Below, in pieces: positions 57,001-64,000 of a stretch of 64,000 nucleotides of DNA. A program made the position numbers and the translations under genes. The DNA is from Parcubacteria group bacterium LiPW_15 (GTDB taxonomy: Bacteria > Patescibacteriota > Minisyncoccia > UBA6257 > 2-01-FULL-56-20). The notes under the pieces were generated by a model. It searched no databases. It saw nothing but the letters and a program-made list of their open reading frames with translations, and was not told the origin of the DNA. How positions within the stretch are numbered: position 1 is the first letter of the stretch; every line of letters begins with the position of its first letter. The stretch is taken from positions 273,211 to 337,210 of the forward strand of contig VMER01000001.1 in assembly GCA_007375645.1 (NCBI GenBank), given 5' to 3'.

Positions 57001-57546
57001 TTATGCGGCAGCGGCACCGGCTTTCTTGCCGACCTTACGCACTATCACTTCGCCCTGGTAGTGAATGCCTTTTCCTTTGTACGGCTCCGGTTTTTTCTTC
57101 GCGCGGATGGTTGCAGCAATTTCACCGACCATTCCCTTATCCACGCCGGAAATCTTTATCTGGTTCTTTTCTACGGCAATGGTGATCCCGGCCGGAGCAG
57201 CGATCCTTATCGGATTAACAAAGCCCAAAGAAAGAACGATCGTGGTCCCCTCCATCGCAGCTTTGTAACCGACTCCTTCGATCTCCAGCACTTTTTGAAA
57301 ACCATCTTTCACGCCCAAAATCGCGTTCTTAACGAGAGAAGCGGTAGTGCCGGTGTTGGCCAAGGCCTGCTTGCTGTTACCGGTAGTCGTTATCTGCACC
57401 GCACCGTCCAAAATTTCTGTTTTCACAAAAACCGGAACCTTCACGGGATGCTCGCCCTTCGGGCCCTTAAAAATAAGCCTGCCGTCTTCCTCGCGGACGG
57501 TGACCCCTTCAAGTAATTTAATCGGTTTTTTAGCTAGTCTAGACAT
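57001..57546 (-). CDS. rplF: 50S ribosomal protein L6
   Basis: 181 aa, two-domain L6; operon position. Confidence 0.92.
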   Translation of the reverse strand: MSRLAKKPIKLLEGVTVREEDGRLIFKGPKGEHPVKVPVFVKTEILDGAVQITTTGNSKQALANTGTTASLVKNAILGVKDGFQKVLEIEGVGYKAAMEGTTIVLSLGFVNPIRIAAPAGITIAVEKNQIKISGVDKGMVGEIAATIRAKKKPEPYKGKGIHYQGEVIVRKVGKKAGAAAA

Positions 57547-57550
57547 ATTT

Positions 57551-57931
57551 TTACCAAATTTCGCAAAGATATTCGCCGCCGACTTTTTCTTTGCGGGCTT
57601 CCCGGTTGGTCATAACTCCTTTTGAGGTGGAAAGTATGGAAATTCCGTAACCCTGCTTAATGGGCAGGAGTTCCTGGTATCCTTTATAAATTCGCCGTCC
57701 GGGCTTGGAAACGAGTTTGAAATCGGTGAAGTTCGGCTCCTTGCCTTTATAAGAAACCTTGACCTCCAAGAACTGCTTTTTGCCTACTTCTTTTTTGTGC
57801 GCACTCCTAAGATAGCCGGCGGAAACCAGTATTTTTGCGAGGGCCAAATCCATGTTCGAATAAGAAGTTTGAATAAACTCTTTTCTGGCTCTGGCGGCGT
57901 TTTTAATTTTTGGAAGTAAGTCGTAATACAT
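57551..57931 (-). CDS. rpsH: 30S ribosomal protein S8
   Basis: 126 aa; operon position. Confidence 0.92.
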   Translation of the reverse strand: MYYDLLPKIKNAARARKEFIQTSYSNMDLALAKILVSAGYLRSAHKKEVGKKQFLEVKVSYKGKEPNFTDFKLVSKPGRRIYKGYQELLPIKQGYGISILSTSKGVMTNREARKEKVGGEYLCEIW

Positions 57932-57936
57932 ATTAT

Positions 57937-58122
57937 TTACCAGGAAGATTTTTTAACGCCCGGGATGTAGCCGGCGGTCGCAAGTTCGCGGAAGCAGATC
58001 CTGCAGATTCCGAAAGCGCGCATATATCCTCTCTTCCTGCCGCAGCGAAAACAACGCCTCACAATGCGAGTGGAGTATTTCGGCGTCTTTTTGCTTCTTG
58101 CGACTACGGAAGTTTTTGCCAT
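57937..58122 (-). CDS. rpsZ: 30S ribosomal protein S14 type Z (zinc-binding)
   Basis: 61 aa with CFRCG...CRICFR Zn ribbon. Confidence 0.92.
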   Translation of the reverse strand: MAKTSVVARSKKTPKYSTRIVRRCFRCGRKRGYMRAFGICRICFRELATAGYIPGVKKSSW

Positions 58123-58667
58123 TATTTTTTGTTAGATTTCCTTCTCTTGCGCCCCCTACCTTTTGCCTTGGCTTCCTCTCCCTTCATGAACGGAACCCCG
58201 AGCTTTTTATAGGTTTCGATCATCTCCAAGCGCTTATATGACTTCGGAACAATGTTCACGCCGAAAGAAAAGCTGAAATGAGATTCCTCCGGATTGAGTT
58301 CCGGGAAAACGCCCTGTTCCCTGAAGCCGACATGCAAAGTTCCCCGTTCATCCACGGTACCCACGGAAAGGCCCTTAAAGTCATGAACACGAGGTAATAC
58401 TATTCTATTCATACGCTCAAAAAAATCAACCATTTTCTGGCCCCGGAGGGTTACAACCACCCCGACCACCTGGCCCTCTCTGAGCTTAAAGCCGGCGATA
58501 GATTTCTTGGCGCGAGCCTCCTTCGGCTTCTGGCCGGTTATCTCGGAAATTTCTTTTTTTATTTCCGGCAAAATTTTGTCGTCAAAATTAGCCTGCCCCG
58601 AAAGTTTTCCGACTCCGACATTGACCACGATCTTTTCTAACAAAGTTTTTGGATTAAGTTCTTTCAT
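58122..58667 (-). CDS. rplE: 50S ribosomal protein L5
   Basis: 181 aa; operon position. Confidence 0.92.
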   Translation of the reverse strand: MKELNPKTLLEKIVVNVGVGKLSGQANFDDKILPEIKKEISEITGQKPKEARAKKSIAGFKLREGQVVGVVVTLRGQKMVDFFERMNRIVLPRVHDFKGLSVGTVDERGTLHVGFREQGVFPELNPEESHFSFSFGVNIVPKSYKRLEMIETYKKLGVPFMKGEEAKAKGRGRKRRKSNKK

Positions 58668-58671
58668 GATT

Positions 58672-58983
58672 CTAGTTTGGGGCCTCGCATTTCTTGCAAT
58701 AACGGATCTTTAAGGAACCTTCGGCGCGGAAACCGACCCGGGTCGCTTTTTTGCAATTCTTACAAACAAGGGCAGCGTTCGAAGCGTCCACGGCGCGCGG
58801 TAAAAGAACGGTCTCGCCGGTCTTACCCTGCTGAGTCGGGCGTTTCCTTTTTTTGACGAGATTCAATCCTTCCACAACCACCTTGCCTTCCCGCGCCGAA
58901 AGAACCAAGCCGGTCTTGCCCCGATCCTTTCCGCTCAACATTTTAATTTGGTCTCCTTTCTTGAGGTTCATATGTTTATACAA
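58672..58983 (-). CDS. rplX: 50S ribosomal protein L24
   Basis: KOW motif IKKGDQIKMLSGKDRGKTG. Confidence 0.92.
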   Translation of the reverse strand: MYKHMNLKKGDQIKMLSGKDRGKTGLVLSAREGKVVVEGLNLVKKRKRPTQQGKTGETVLLPRAVDASNAALVCKNCKKATRVGFRAEGSLKIRYCKKCEAPN

Positions 58984-59344
58984 TTTCTTCCGCCATGGTT
59001 ATGATCTTTTCGTAGCCGCGCCCCTTAAGCTCCCTGGGCATCGGGCCGAAAACGCGGGTGGAAACAGGTTCGTTCTTTGCGTTTATTATAACAGCCGCGT
59101 TCTCATCAAAACGGAGATAAGTTCCGTCAGCCCTCCTAAACGGCGCCTTGGCGCGGACCACAACACAGCGGACAATATCCTTTTTCTTGGTGGCCTTCCT
59201 CGGTTCCGCGGATTGGACGGAGGCGATAAATATATCCCCTATCCTCGCGTAGCGATGCCGGGTGCCTCCGAGTATGCGGAAACAGCGTACAAGCTTTGCG
59301 CCCGAGTTATCCGCGACTTTAAGAATAGAACGTTCTTGTATCAT
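58976..59344 (-). CDS. rplN: 50S ribosomal protein L14
   Basis: MIQERSILKVADNSGAK typical L14 N-terminus. Confidence 0.95.
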   Translation of the reverse strand: MIQERSILKVADNSGAKLVRCFRILGGTRHRYARIGDIFIASVQSAEPRKATKKKDIVRCVVVRAKAPFRRADGTYLRFDENAAVIINAKNEPVSTRVFGPMPRELKGRGYEKIITMAEEIV

Positions 59345-59345
59345 G

Positions 59346-59594
59346 TTATTTGATCTTTTCTACTATCTTAAATCTCTTTTCTTTGGAAAGAGGCCGGGTT
59401 TCTTCGATTATTACCACATCACCCACTTTATAGGCGTTCTCTTCGTCGTGGGCCTTAAACCTCTTGGTGACTTTATATAGACGCTGGTACTTCGGGTGCT
59501 TTCTGGTTCCGGATACCGCAACCACGCGCGTCTTGGACATTTTGTCCGAAACCACGATTCCCTGGATCCTTCTTTTTATAGGTTGTTTATCCAT
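59346..59594 (-). CDS. rpsQ: 30S ribosomal protein S17
   Basis: 82 aa; operon position. Confidence 0.9.
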   Translation of the reverse strand: MDKQPIKRRIQGIVVSDKMSKTRVVAVSGTRKHPKYQRLYKVTKRFKAHDEENAYKVGDVVIIEETRPLSKEKRFKIVEKIK

Positions 59595-59781
59595 TTTGGT
59601 TTAAAAACGTCGAAAGCCTCGCGATTTTTTTCCTTAAGGCTCGCGGGGTCCTGACATTATTGAGTTTCCCGGCTTCCAAGTCAAACGTAGCCTTCCTTAA
59701 TTCGGCTTTAGTCTCGTTAAGCTCTTTCAAAAGCTCAACTTTCGGCTTGGTCCTCAATTCTTGTATATCTTTGCGCTTCAT
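59587..59781 (-). CDS. rpmC: 50S ribosomal protein L29
   Basis: 64 aa helical; operon position. Confidence 0.88.
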   Translation of the reverse strand: MKRKDIQELRTKPKVELLKELNETKAELRKATFDLEAGKLNNVRTPRALRKKIARLSTFLNQNG

Positions 59782-59782
59782 A

Positions 59783-60193
59783 TTATTTGGATACGAATTT
59801 TACGGTAAACGGCATTTTGTGTCCGGCGCGGCGAAGGGCTTCTTTAGCGGTCGTAAGCGATACGCCATCGATCTCGAAAATTATTCTTCCGGGACGGACC
59901 GGGAAAACGTAGCGGTCAACGGAACCCTTTCCGCCACCCATAGTGAGCTCAGGCGGACGGGCAGTCACCGGCTTATCGGGAAAAACACGGATCCAAAGAC
60001 GTCCTTCGCGCTTTAAGAAGTTCGTAATAGTGCGGCGTCCGGCTTCTATCTGGCGAGAGTTGAGCCAAGCTGATTCCATGGCCTTAAGTCCGAATTTTCC
60101 GAAAGCCAAAGTGAGCCCGCGGGTCTCAACCGTTCTTTTCCTCGAACGTCCTTTATGCCACTTCCTATGTTTTACTTTTTTTGGTACGAGCAT
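59783..60193 (-). CDS. rplP: 50S ribosomal protein L16
   Basis: MLVPKKVKHRKWHKGR typical L16. Confidence 0.95.
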   Translation of the reverse strand: MLVPKKVKHRKWHKGRSRKRTVETRGLTLAFGKFGLKAMESAWLNSRQIEAGRRTITNFLKREGRLWIRVFPDKPVTARPPELTMGGGKGSVDRYVFPVRPGRIIFEIDGVSLTTAKEALRRAGHKMPFTVKFVSK

Positions 60194-60199
60194 GGGAGT

Positions 60200-60919
60200 T
60201 TACTTGGTTTCTTTCTTCTTCCTTTCGAATATTTCGCCCTTATATATCCAAACTTTGATGCCGTTCGTGCCGTAAGAGGTATGCGCGGTCGCGGTTCCAT
60301 AATCAATATCCGCGCGCAGATTCTGCAAAGGCAAGGCGCCGAATTTCAAAACTTCGCGGCGGGAAATTTCATTTCCGTCGATACGGCCGGAAACTAGGAT
60401 CTTCGCTCCCTTCGCTTCCCGGTTCTGGCCGATGAAATCCAAATACTTTTTCATCGTGCGGCGGGTGGACATTCTTTTTTCAATATCCCAGGCAATCTGT
60501 TGCGCGGTGTATTGAGCGGAAATTTCCGTTCGCTTCAGCTCTTCAATGTTGACGCTCAACGGAACCGGCTGCTTTTCTTCGCGGATCTTTCGGATAGCGA
60601 TATCGATAGCCTTGGTCAGCTCTTCCACGCCTTTTCCTCCGCGGCCGATAACGAGACCCGGTTTCGCGGCTTTAATATAAACGCGGACATTGGAAGCAGT
60701 GCGCTCTATTTCGATGGAAGCAACTCCGGAAAGCGCGATCTTCTCGGCCACGGTCTTTCGAATAGCCTCGTCCTCCATGAGGAAACGGGCATACATCTTG
60801 GACTTCGGAATAGAGGTCTTCTTTCCTCCCTTTTCCGGAGGCAGCGCGAAGAACCATCTGGAAGACCAGTTCTTATTTATTCCTGTCCTGAAAGATTTTG
60901 GATTTATTTTTTGACCCAT
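60200..60919 (-). CDS. rpsC: 30S ribosomal protein S3
   Basis: MGQKINP...KH domain; 239 aa. Confidence 0.95.
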   Translation of the reverse strand: MGQKINPKSFRTGINKNWSSRWFFALPPEKGGKKTSIPKSKMYARFLMEDEAIRKTVAEKIALSGVASIEIERTASNVRVYIKAAKPGLVIGRGGKGVEELTKAIDIAIRKIREEKQPVPLSVNIEELKRTEISAQYTAQQIAWDIEKRMSTRRTMKKYLDFIGQNREAKGAKILVSGRIDGNEISRREVLKFGALPLQNLRADIDYGTATAHTSYGTNGIKVWIYKGEIFERKKKETK

Positions 60920-60924
60920 GTTAT

Positions 60925-61539
60925 TTATTCTCCTCCTTTATTGCCCGCTCCTCCGCCGGTCGGTCCGGCGTTTCTCTGGAAGACTTTCTTAAAGAAACCG
61001 GGGTTCTTCGGGCGTTTCGAAACTTTTTCGGGTTGTATCTTCGGCTTTTTCTTGGTGCCTTCTTCGTGAGTCAGGTGCTTCGTCTTTTTGTGCACCAATA
61101 TCTTGTAGCGGGAATTCTTAGCCTTCGTGTCTTCGGCCAGGATCAAAGTGATGTGGCTCATCTTCTTCTGTATCTCGGCCATGGAACCTTGGGCGCGGGC
61201 CATAAAACGCTTGAGCATCGGGCCTCCGTCCACGCGGATGGATTCGATCTTCAGCATTTCCATATTCAGCTTGCCTTTGGCCTTAGCCGCGGCGACCGCG
61301 GAACGCAAAAGCTTCAAGATCGGCTTGGCGGCGCGCTTGGTTACGAAAAGCAATTGAGCTTCCGCCTCATTGACGCTCATGCCGTTGATCAAGCTCGCAA
61401 CCAAACGAACTTTCCTCGGAGCCATCCTCAAGTAGTTGAGCTTCACGATCTGCTTCTCCTCGGCGCTAATCGGAGATTCGGAAACCGCCCGCTTTTCGCG
61501 GTTCAGATTCTTCCTCGGTTGTTTAGCCTGATTGCTCAT
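60925..61539 (-). CDS. rplV: 50S ribosomal protein L22 with a ~90-aa Lys-rich C-terminal extension
   Basis: Core L22 fold then a long basic tail; 204 aa. Confidence 0.88.
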   Translation of the reverse strand: MSNQAKQPRKNLNREKRAVSESPISAEEKQIVKLNYLRMAPRKVRLVASLINGMSVNEAEAQLLFVTKRAAKPILKLLRSAVAAAKAKGKLNMEMLKIESIRVDGGPMLKRFMARAQGSMAEIQKKMSHITLILAEDTKAKNSRYKILVHKKTKHLTHEEGTKKKPKIQPEKVSKRPKNPGFFKKVFQRNAGPTGGGAGNKGGE

Positions 61540-61566
61540 TTTGTGGAATATTTCTTGGATAAAGGA

Positions 61567-61881
61567 TTATTTTTTAGCGGCAGGAGCGGCGGCAGGAGCT
61601 GCAGCCTTCTGCTCGATCTCTTTCTGCATCTTTCCGCCGTGGCGGGTGAATTTGCGGGTCAAGGAAAACTCTCCGAGCCTGTGCCCTACCATTTCCTCCG
61701 CAACTCTGACTTCGATAAAATCTTTTCCGTTATGGACGGCGAAAAGATAACCCACCATTTCCGGGGAAATTTCCGAAGCTCTCGCCCAGGTCTTTATTGC
61801 CGGACCTTCCGGCTTCTGCTTGGCGATCTTCGCGAGGAGATTCTGGTCCACATACGGACCTTTTTTGATTGAACGGCTCAT
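61567..61881 (-). CDS. rpsS: 30S ribosomal protein S19 (Ala/Pro-rich C-terminal tail)
   Basis: MSRSIKKGPYVD...HNGK typical S19. Confidence 0.95.
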   Translation of the reverse strand: MSRSIKKGPYVDQNLLAKIAKQKPEGPAIKTWARASEISPEMVGYLFAVHNGKDFIEVRVAEEMVGHRLGEFSLTRKFTRHGGKMQKEIEQKAAAPAAAPAAKK

Positions 61882-61887
61882 TTATGT

Positions 61888-62712
61888 TTATTTCTTATTC
61901 CTTCTTTTGACTATTAAGCGGTTAGTCGGCTTTCTCTTCGCTCGAGTCTTCCTACCGCCGGTAATGTTACCATAGACATCTTTCGGACGCTTGGTGCCGC
62001 GAGGCTGCGCGCCTTCACCGCCGCCGTACGGGTGATCCACCGGGTTCATCGCGGAACCGCGAACGGTCGGACGAACGCCCATGTGGCGAGACCTTCCGGC
62101 TTTGCCGATGTTAACAAGATTGTGCTCGATGTTCGAAAGCTGGCCCAAAGACGCGAATCCTTCCCAGAGGACGTGGCGGACTTCGCCGGACGGCATTTTG
62201 AGGTCGGTATAGCCATCGGCGTTCGCCAAAATTTCGGCGTAGCTTCCGGCGGAACGGATTATCTTTCCGCCCTGGCCAGGCTGGAGTTCAACGTTGTGCA
62301 CCTGGTAACCTACCGGAATATTTTTAAGCTTCATCCTGTTTCCGTTCTTAAGCGGAGTAGATTCGGCGATAAGAAGCGTCGCGCCCTTAGTGATGTTATG
62401 CGGAGCAAGAATGTAGGCGCGGGAATCGTTTTCATATTTAACGCGAGCGATAAAAGCGGTGCGATACGGATCGTATTCCACGGTTTCAACCAAAGCCTTG
62501 CCCGGCTTCATCTTCCAATCGATTATGCGATATATCTTTTTATTACCTCCTCCCTGGTGGCGCTGGGTAATACGACCGGCGGAATTACGGCCCGAATTCT
62601 GCTTAATTCTTATAAGCAGGGATTTATACGGCTTGTCGCCGGTGAGGAGCTTTTTATACTCCACATTGGTGGCCTGCCTTCTCGACGGACTTGTTGGATT
62701 ATGAACCTTCAT
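61888..62712 (-). CDS. rplB: 50S ribosomal protein L2
   Basis: 274 aa with conserved L2 C-terminal GGGEG...RK region. Confidence 0.95.
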   Translation of the reverse strand: MKVHNPTSPSRRQATNVEYKKLLTGDKPYKSLLIRIKQNSGRNSAGRITQRHQGGGNKKIYRIIDWKMKPGKALVETVEYDPYRTAFIARVKYENDSRAYILAPHNITKGATLLIAESTPLKNGNRMKLKNIPVGYQVHNVELQPGQGGKIIRSAGSYAEILANADGYTDLKMPSGEVRHVLWEGFASLGQLSNIEHNLVNIGKAGRSRHMGVRPTVRGSAMNPVDHPYGGGEGAQPRGTKRPKDVYGNITGGRKTRAKRKPTNRLIVKRRNKK

Positions 62713-62737
62713 ATTATTTATAGTGAGCTTGTCGAAT

Positions 62738-63022
62738 CTATTTGGTTTGAGCGGTATCTATTTTTTCGCCCTCTTTGAGAGTAACCACGGCTTTCTTGTA
62801 TTCTTTCTTATCGCCGATCTTAAAGCCGTAGCGCTTGGCGCGGGAGTAAGAGCGGATAGTATTTACATCGTGAACCTTAACACCGTAGAGCGACTCTATC
62901 GCCTTTCTTATTTCCGGCTTGGTGGCTTTTTTCGCGACCATGAAAACATATTTGCCGCCTTCCTGCATTATCGTGGCCTTTTCGGTAAGACCGATTTTTC
63001 TGATCAAAAGAGTGTCAGCCAT
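62738..63022 (-). CDS. rplW: 50S ribosomal protein L23
   Basis: 94 aa; operon position. Confidence 0.9.
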   Translation of the reverse strand: MADTLLIRKIGLTEKATIMQEGGKYVFMVAKKATKPEIRKAIESLYGVKVHDVNTIRSYSRAKRYGFKIGDKKEYKKAVVTLKEGEKIDTAQTK

Positions 63023-63023
63023 T

Positions 63024-63740
63024 TTATATCTTGTAGTGGTTAGCGATAGTTTCCACGGCCTTTTCCTCGATGAGTAAGTGCTTGTAGTTCAAAATATCGT
63101 AAACGTTCAACGAATTGGAATCCAAAACCTTGGCTTTCGGCAAATTGCGGGTGGCTCTCGAAAGATTTTTGGTTTCGGTTCCGTAGACCAAAAGCGCATC
63201 GTATTTCTTGGTGCTCTTCGGCCTTCCGACAAGCGCGGTTAAGGCGGTCGCCATGAGGGCGGTCTTTGGTTTTTCGATATCAAAAGCCTTTACGATCTTT
63301 ATCTCGCCGTCTTTGAATTTCCTGGAAAGCACGGAGAAGAGCGCGGTGCGCTTCATTTTCTTGTTAACTTTCTGGGTGTAGTCTCTCTCTTTGGTCGGAC
63401 CATGGGATTTGCCGCCACCCTTCCAGATAGGCGAACGGATAGAACCGTGCCTGGACCTTCCGGTTCCCTTTTGCTTCCACGGCTTCCTGCCGCCACCGCG
63501 GACCTCGCCTCTCCCCTTCGCATGCGCCCAGGGACGGCGAAGATTGGCCATTTGGGCCAGAACAACCTGCTTAATGAGTCCCGGATTCCAGGAAACTCCA
63601 AAGACTGACTTCGGCATTTCAATTTTACCGACAGCCTTGTTGTTGAAGTCAAAAACTTCCGCCTCCATAGAACCCAAAGCGACCGCTTTCGGTTTTCTTA
63701 CGGACGGAGCTTTTTTAGTTTTTTTGGAATCGGTCGCCAT
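63024..63740 (-). CDS. rplD: 50S ribosomal protein L4 (basic N-terminal extension)
   Basis: 238 aa; conserved L4 loop region; operon position. Confidence 0.9.
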   Translation of the reverse strand: MATDSKKTKKAPSVRKPKAVALGSMEAEVFDFNNKAVGKIEMPKSVFGVSWNPGLIKQVVLAQMANLRRPWAHAKGRGEVRGGGRKPWKQKGTGRSRHGSIRSPIWKGGGKSHGPTKERDYTQKVNKKMKRTALFSVLSRKFKDGEIKIVKAFDIEKPKTALMATALTALVGRPKSTKKYDALLVYGTETKNLSRATRNLPKAKVLDSNSLNVYDILNYKHLLIEEKAVETIANHYKI

Positions 63741-63742
63741 GT

Positions 63743-64000
63743 TTACTTGGTTTTAATAATTTCCAAAACTCCATTGATCGCGCCTGGAACCGCGCCTTTT
63801 ATAAGGAGCAGGTTCTTTTCCGGATCAACTCCGACGATAGTCAAGTTGGTAACGGTAATGCGGGTGTCGCCCATGTGTCCGGCCATTCTGTGGCCCGGAG
63901 TAACACGCTGCGGAGCGGTCGCGCCGATAGAACCAACGGCTCTCTGGCGATTTTTCTGACCGTGAGTAGCGGGGCCGCCATGGAAGCCGTGGCGCTTAAC
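63743..64000 (-). CDS. rplC: 50S ribosomal protein L3, C-terminal part (gene continues beyond the window edge)
   Basis: Minus-strand reading ends ...[15 protein letters not shown], then the rplD start follows 3 nt later. Confidence 0.8.
   Translation of the reverse strand, partial: VKRHGFHGGPATHGQKNRQRAVGSIGATAPQRVTPGHRMAGHMGDTRITVTNLTIVGVDPEKNLLLIKGAVPGAINGVLEIIKTK

Noticed and set aside
1-64000. CRISPR arrays and rRNA genes
   Set aside because: No regularly spaced direct repeats with unique spacers and no rRNA-like conserved segments were found by eye. The tandem repeats present are 7-57 bp without spacer structure.

Overview
This is a 64-kb chromosomal fragment, almost entirely coded on the minus strand. 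By inference it looks like a small-genome Patescibacteria/CPR-type bacterium: the S10-spc ribosomal operon lacks L30, S14 is the Zn-ribbon type Z form, L22 has a long C-terminal extension, there is a cohesin/dockerin surface-protein pair, and a GIY-YIG gene abuts a tRNA. From left to right the window holds: a GtrA-like membrane protein, tpiA, and a dcw mini-cluster (mraZ-rsmH-ftsL-ftsI-murF) with an MraZ operator; tRNA-Glu and tRNA-Val loci full of tRNA-end duplicates, 20-bp palindromes and AT-rich foreign genes; a response-regulator / 1164-aa sensor kinase / response-regulator cluster; adjacent cohesin- and dockerin-bearing secreted proteins; rplJ-rplL; and a copper operon (csoR, small TM peptide, copA, GNAT-DUF218 fusion, DsbD-like+cupredoxin, copZ) with a palindromic CsoR operator. 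Next comes an AT-rich ~4.7-kb island (about 24.4-29.1 kb) carrying a 5-gene translationally coupled operon built around a 585-aa coiled-coil ABC/SMC-like ATPase plus a PD-(D/E)xK nuclease and small helical/TM partners. I think this is a candidate uncharacterised anti-phage/conflict system and the main item of interest. To the right are a MacAB-type ABC efflux set whose ATPase carries an N-terminal YHS metal domain, a GC-rich island with a paralogous gene pair, cspA, a peptidoglycan-binding secreted repeat protein, engB, an RND efflux pair, a second GC-rich foreign gene, TspO, tRNA-Trp (with an att-like 23-bp direct repeat), rpmG, two tRNA-Thr, dnaE, lysS, greA, a GT2 glycosyltransferase, map, adk, secY, and ribosomal proteins rplO back to a partial rplC at the window edge. 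No rRNA or CRISPR array was seen.
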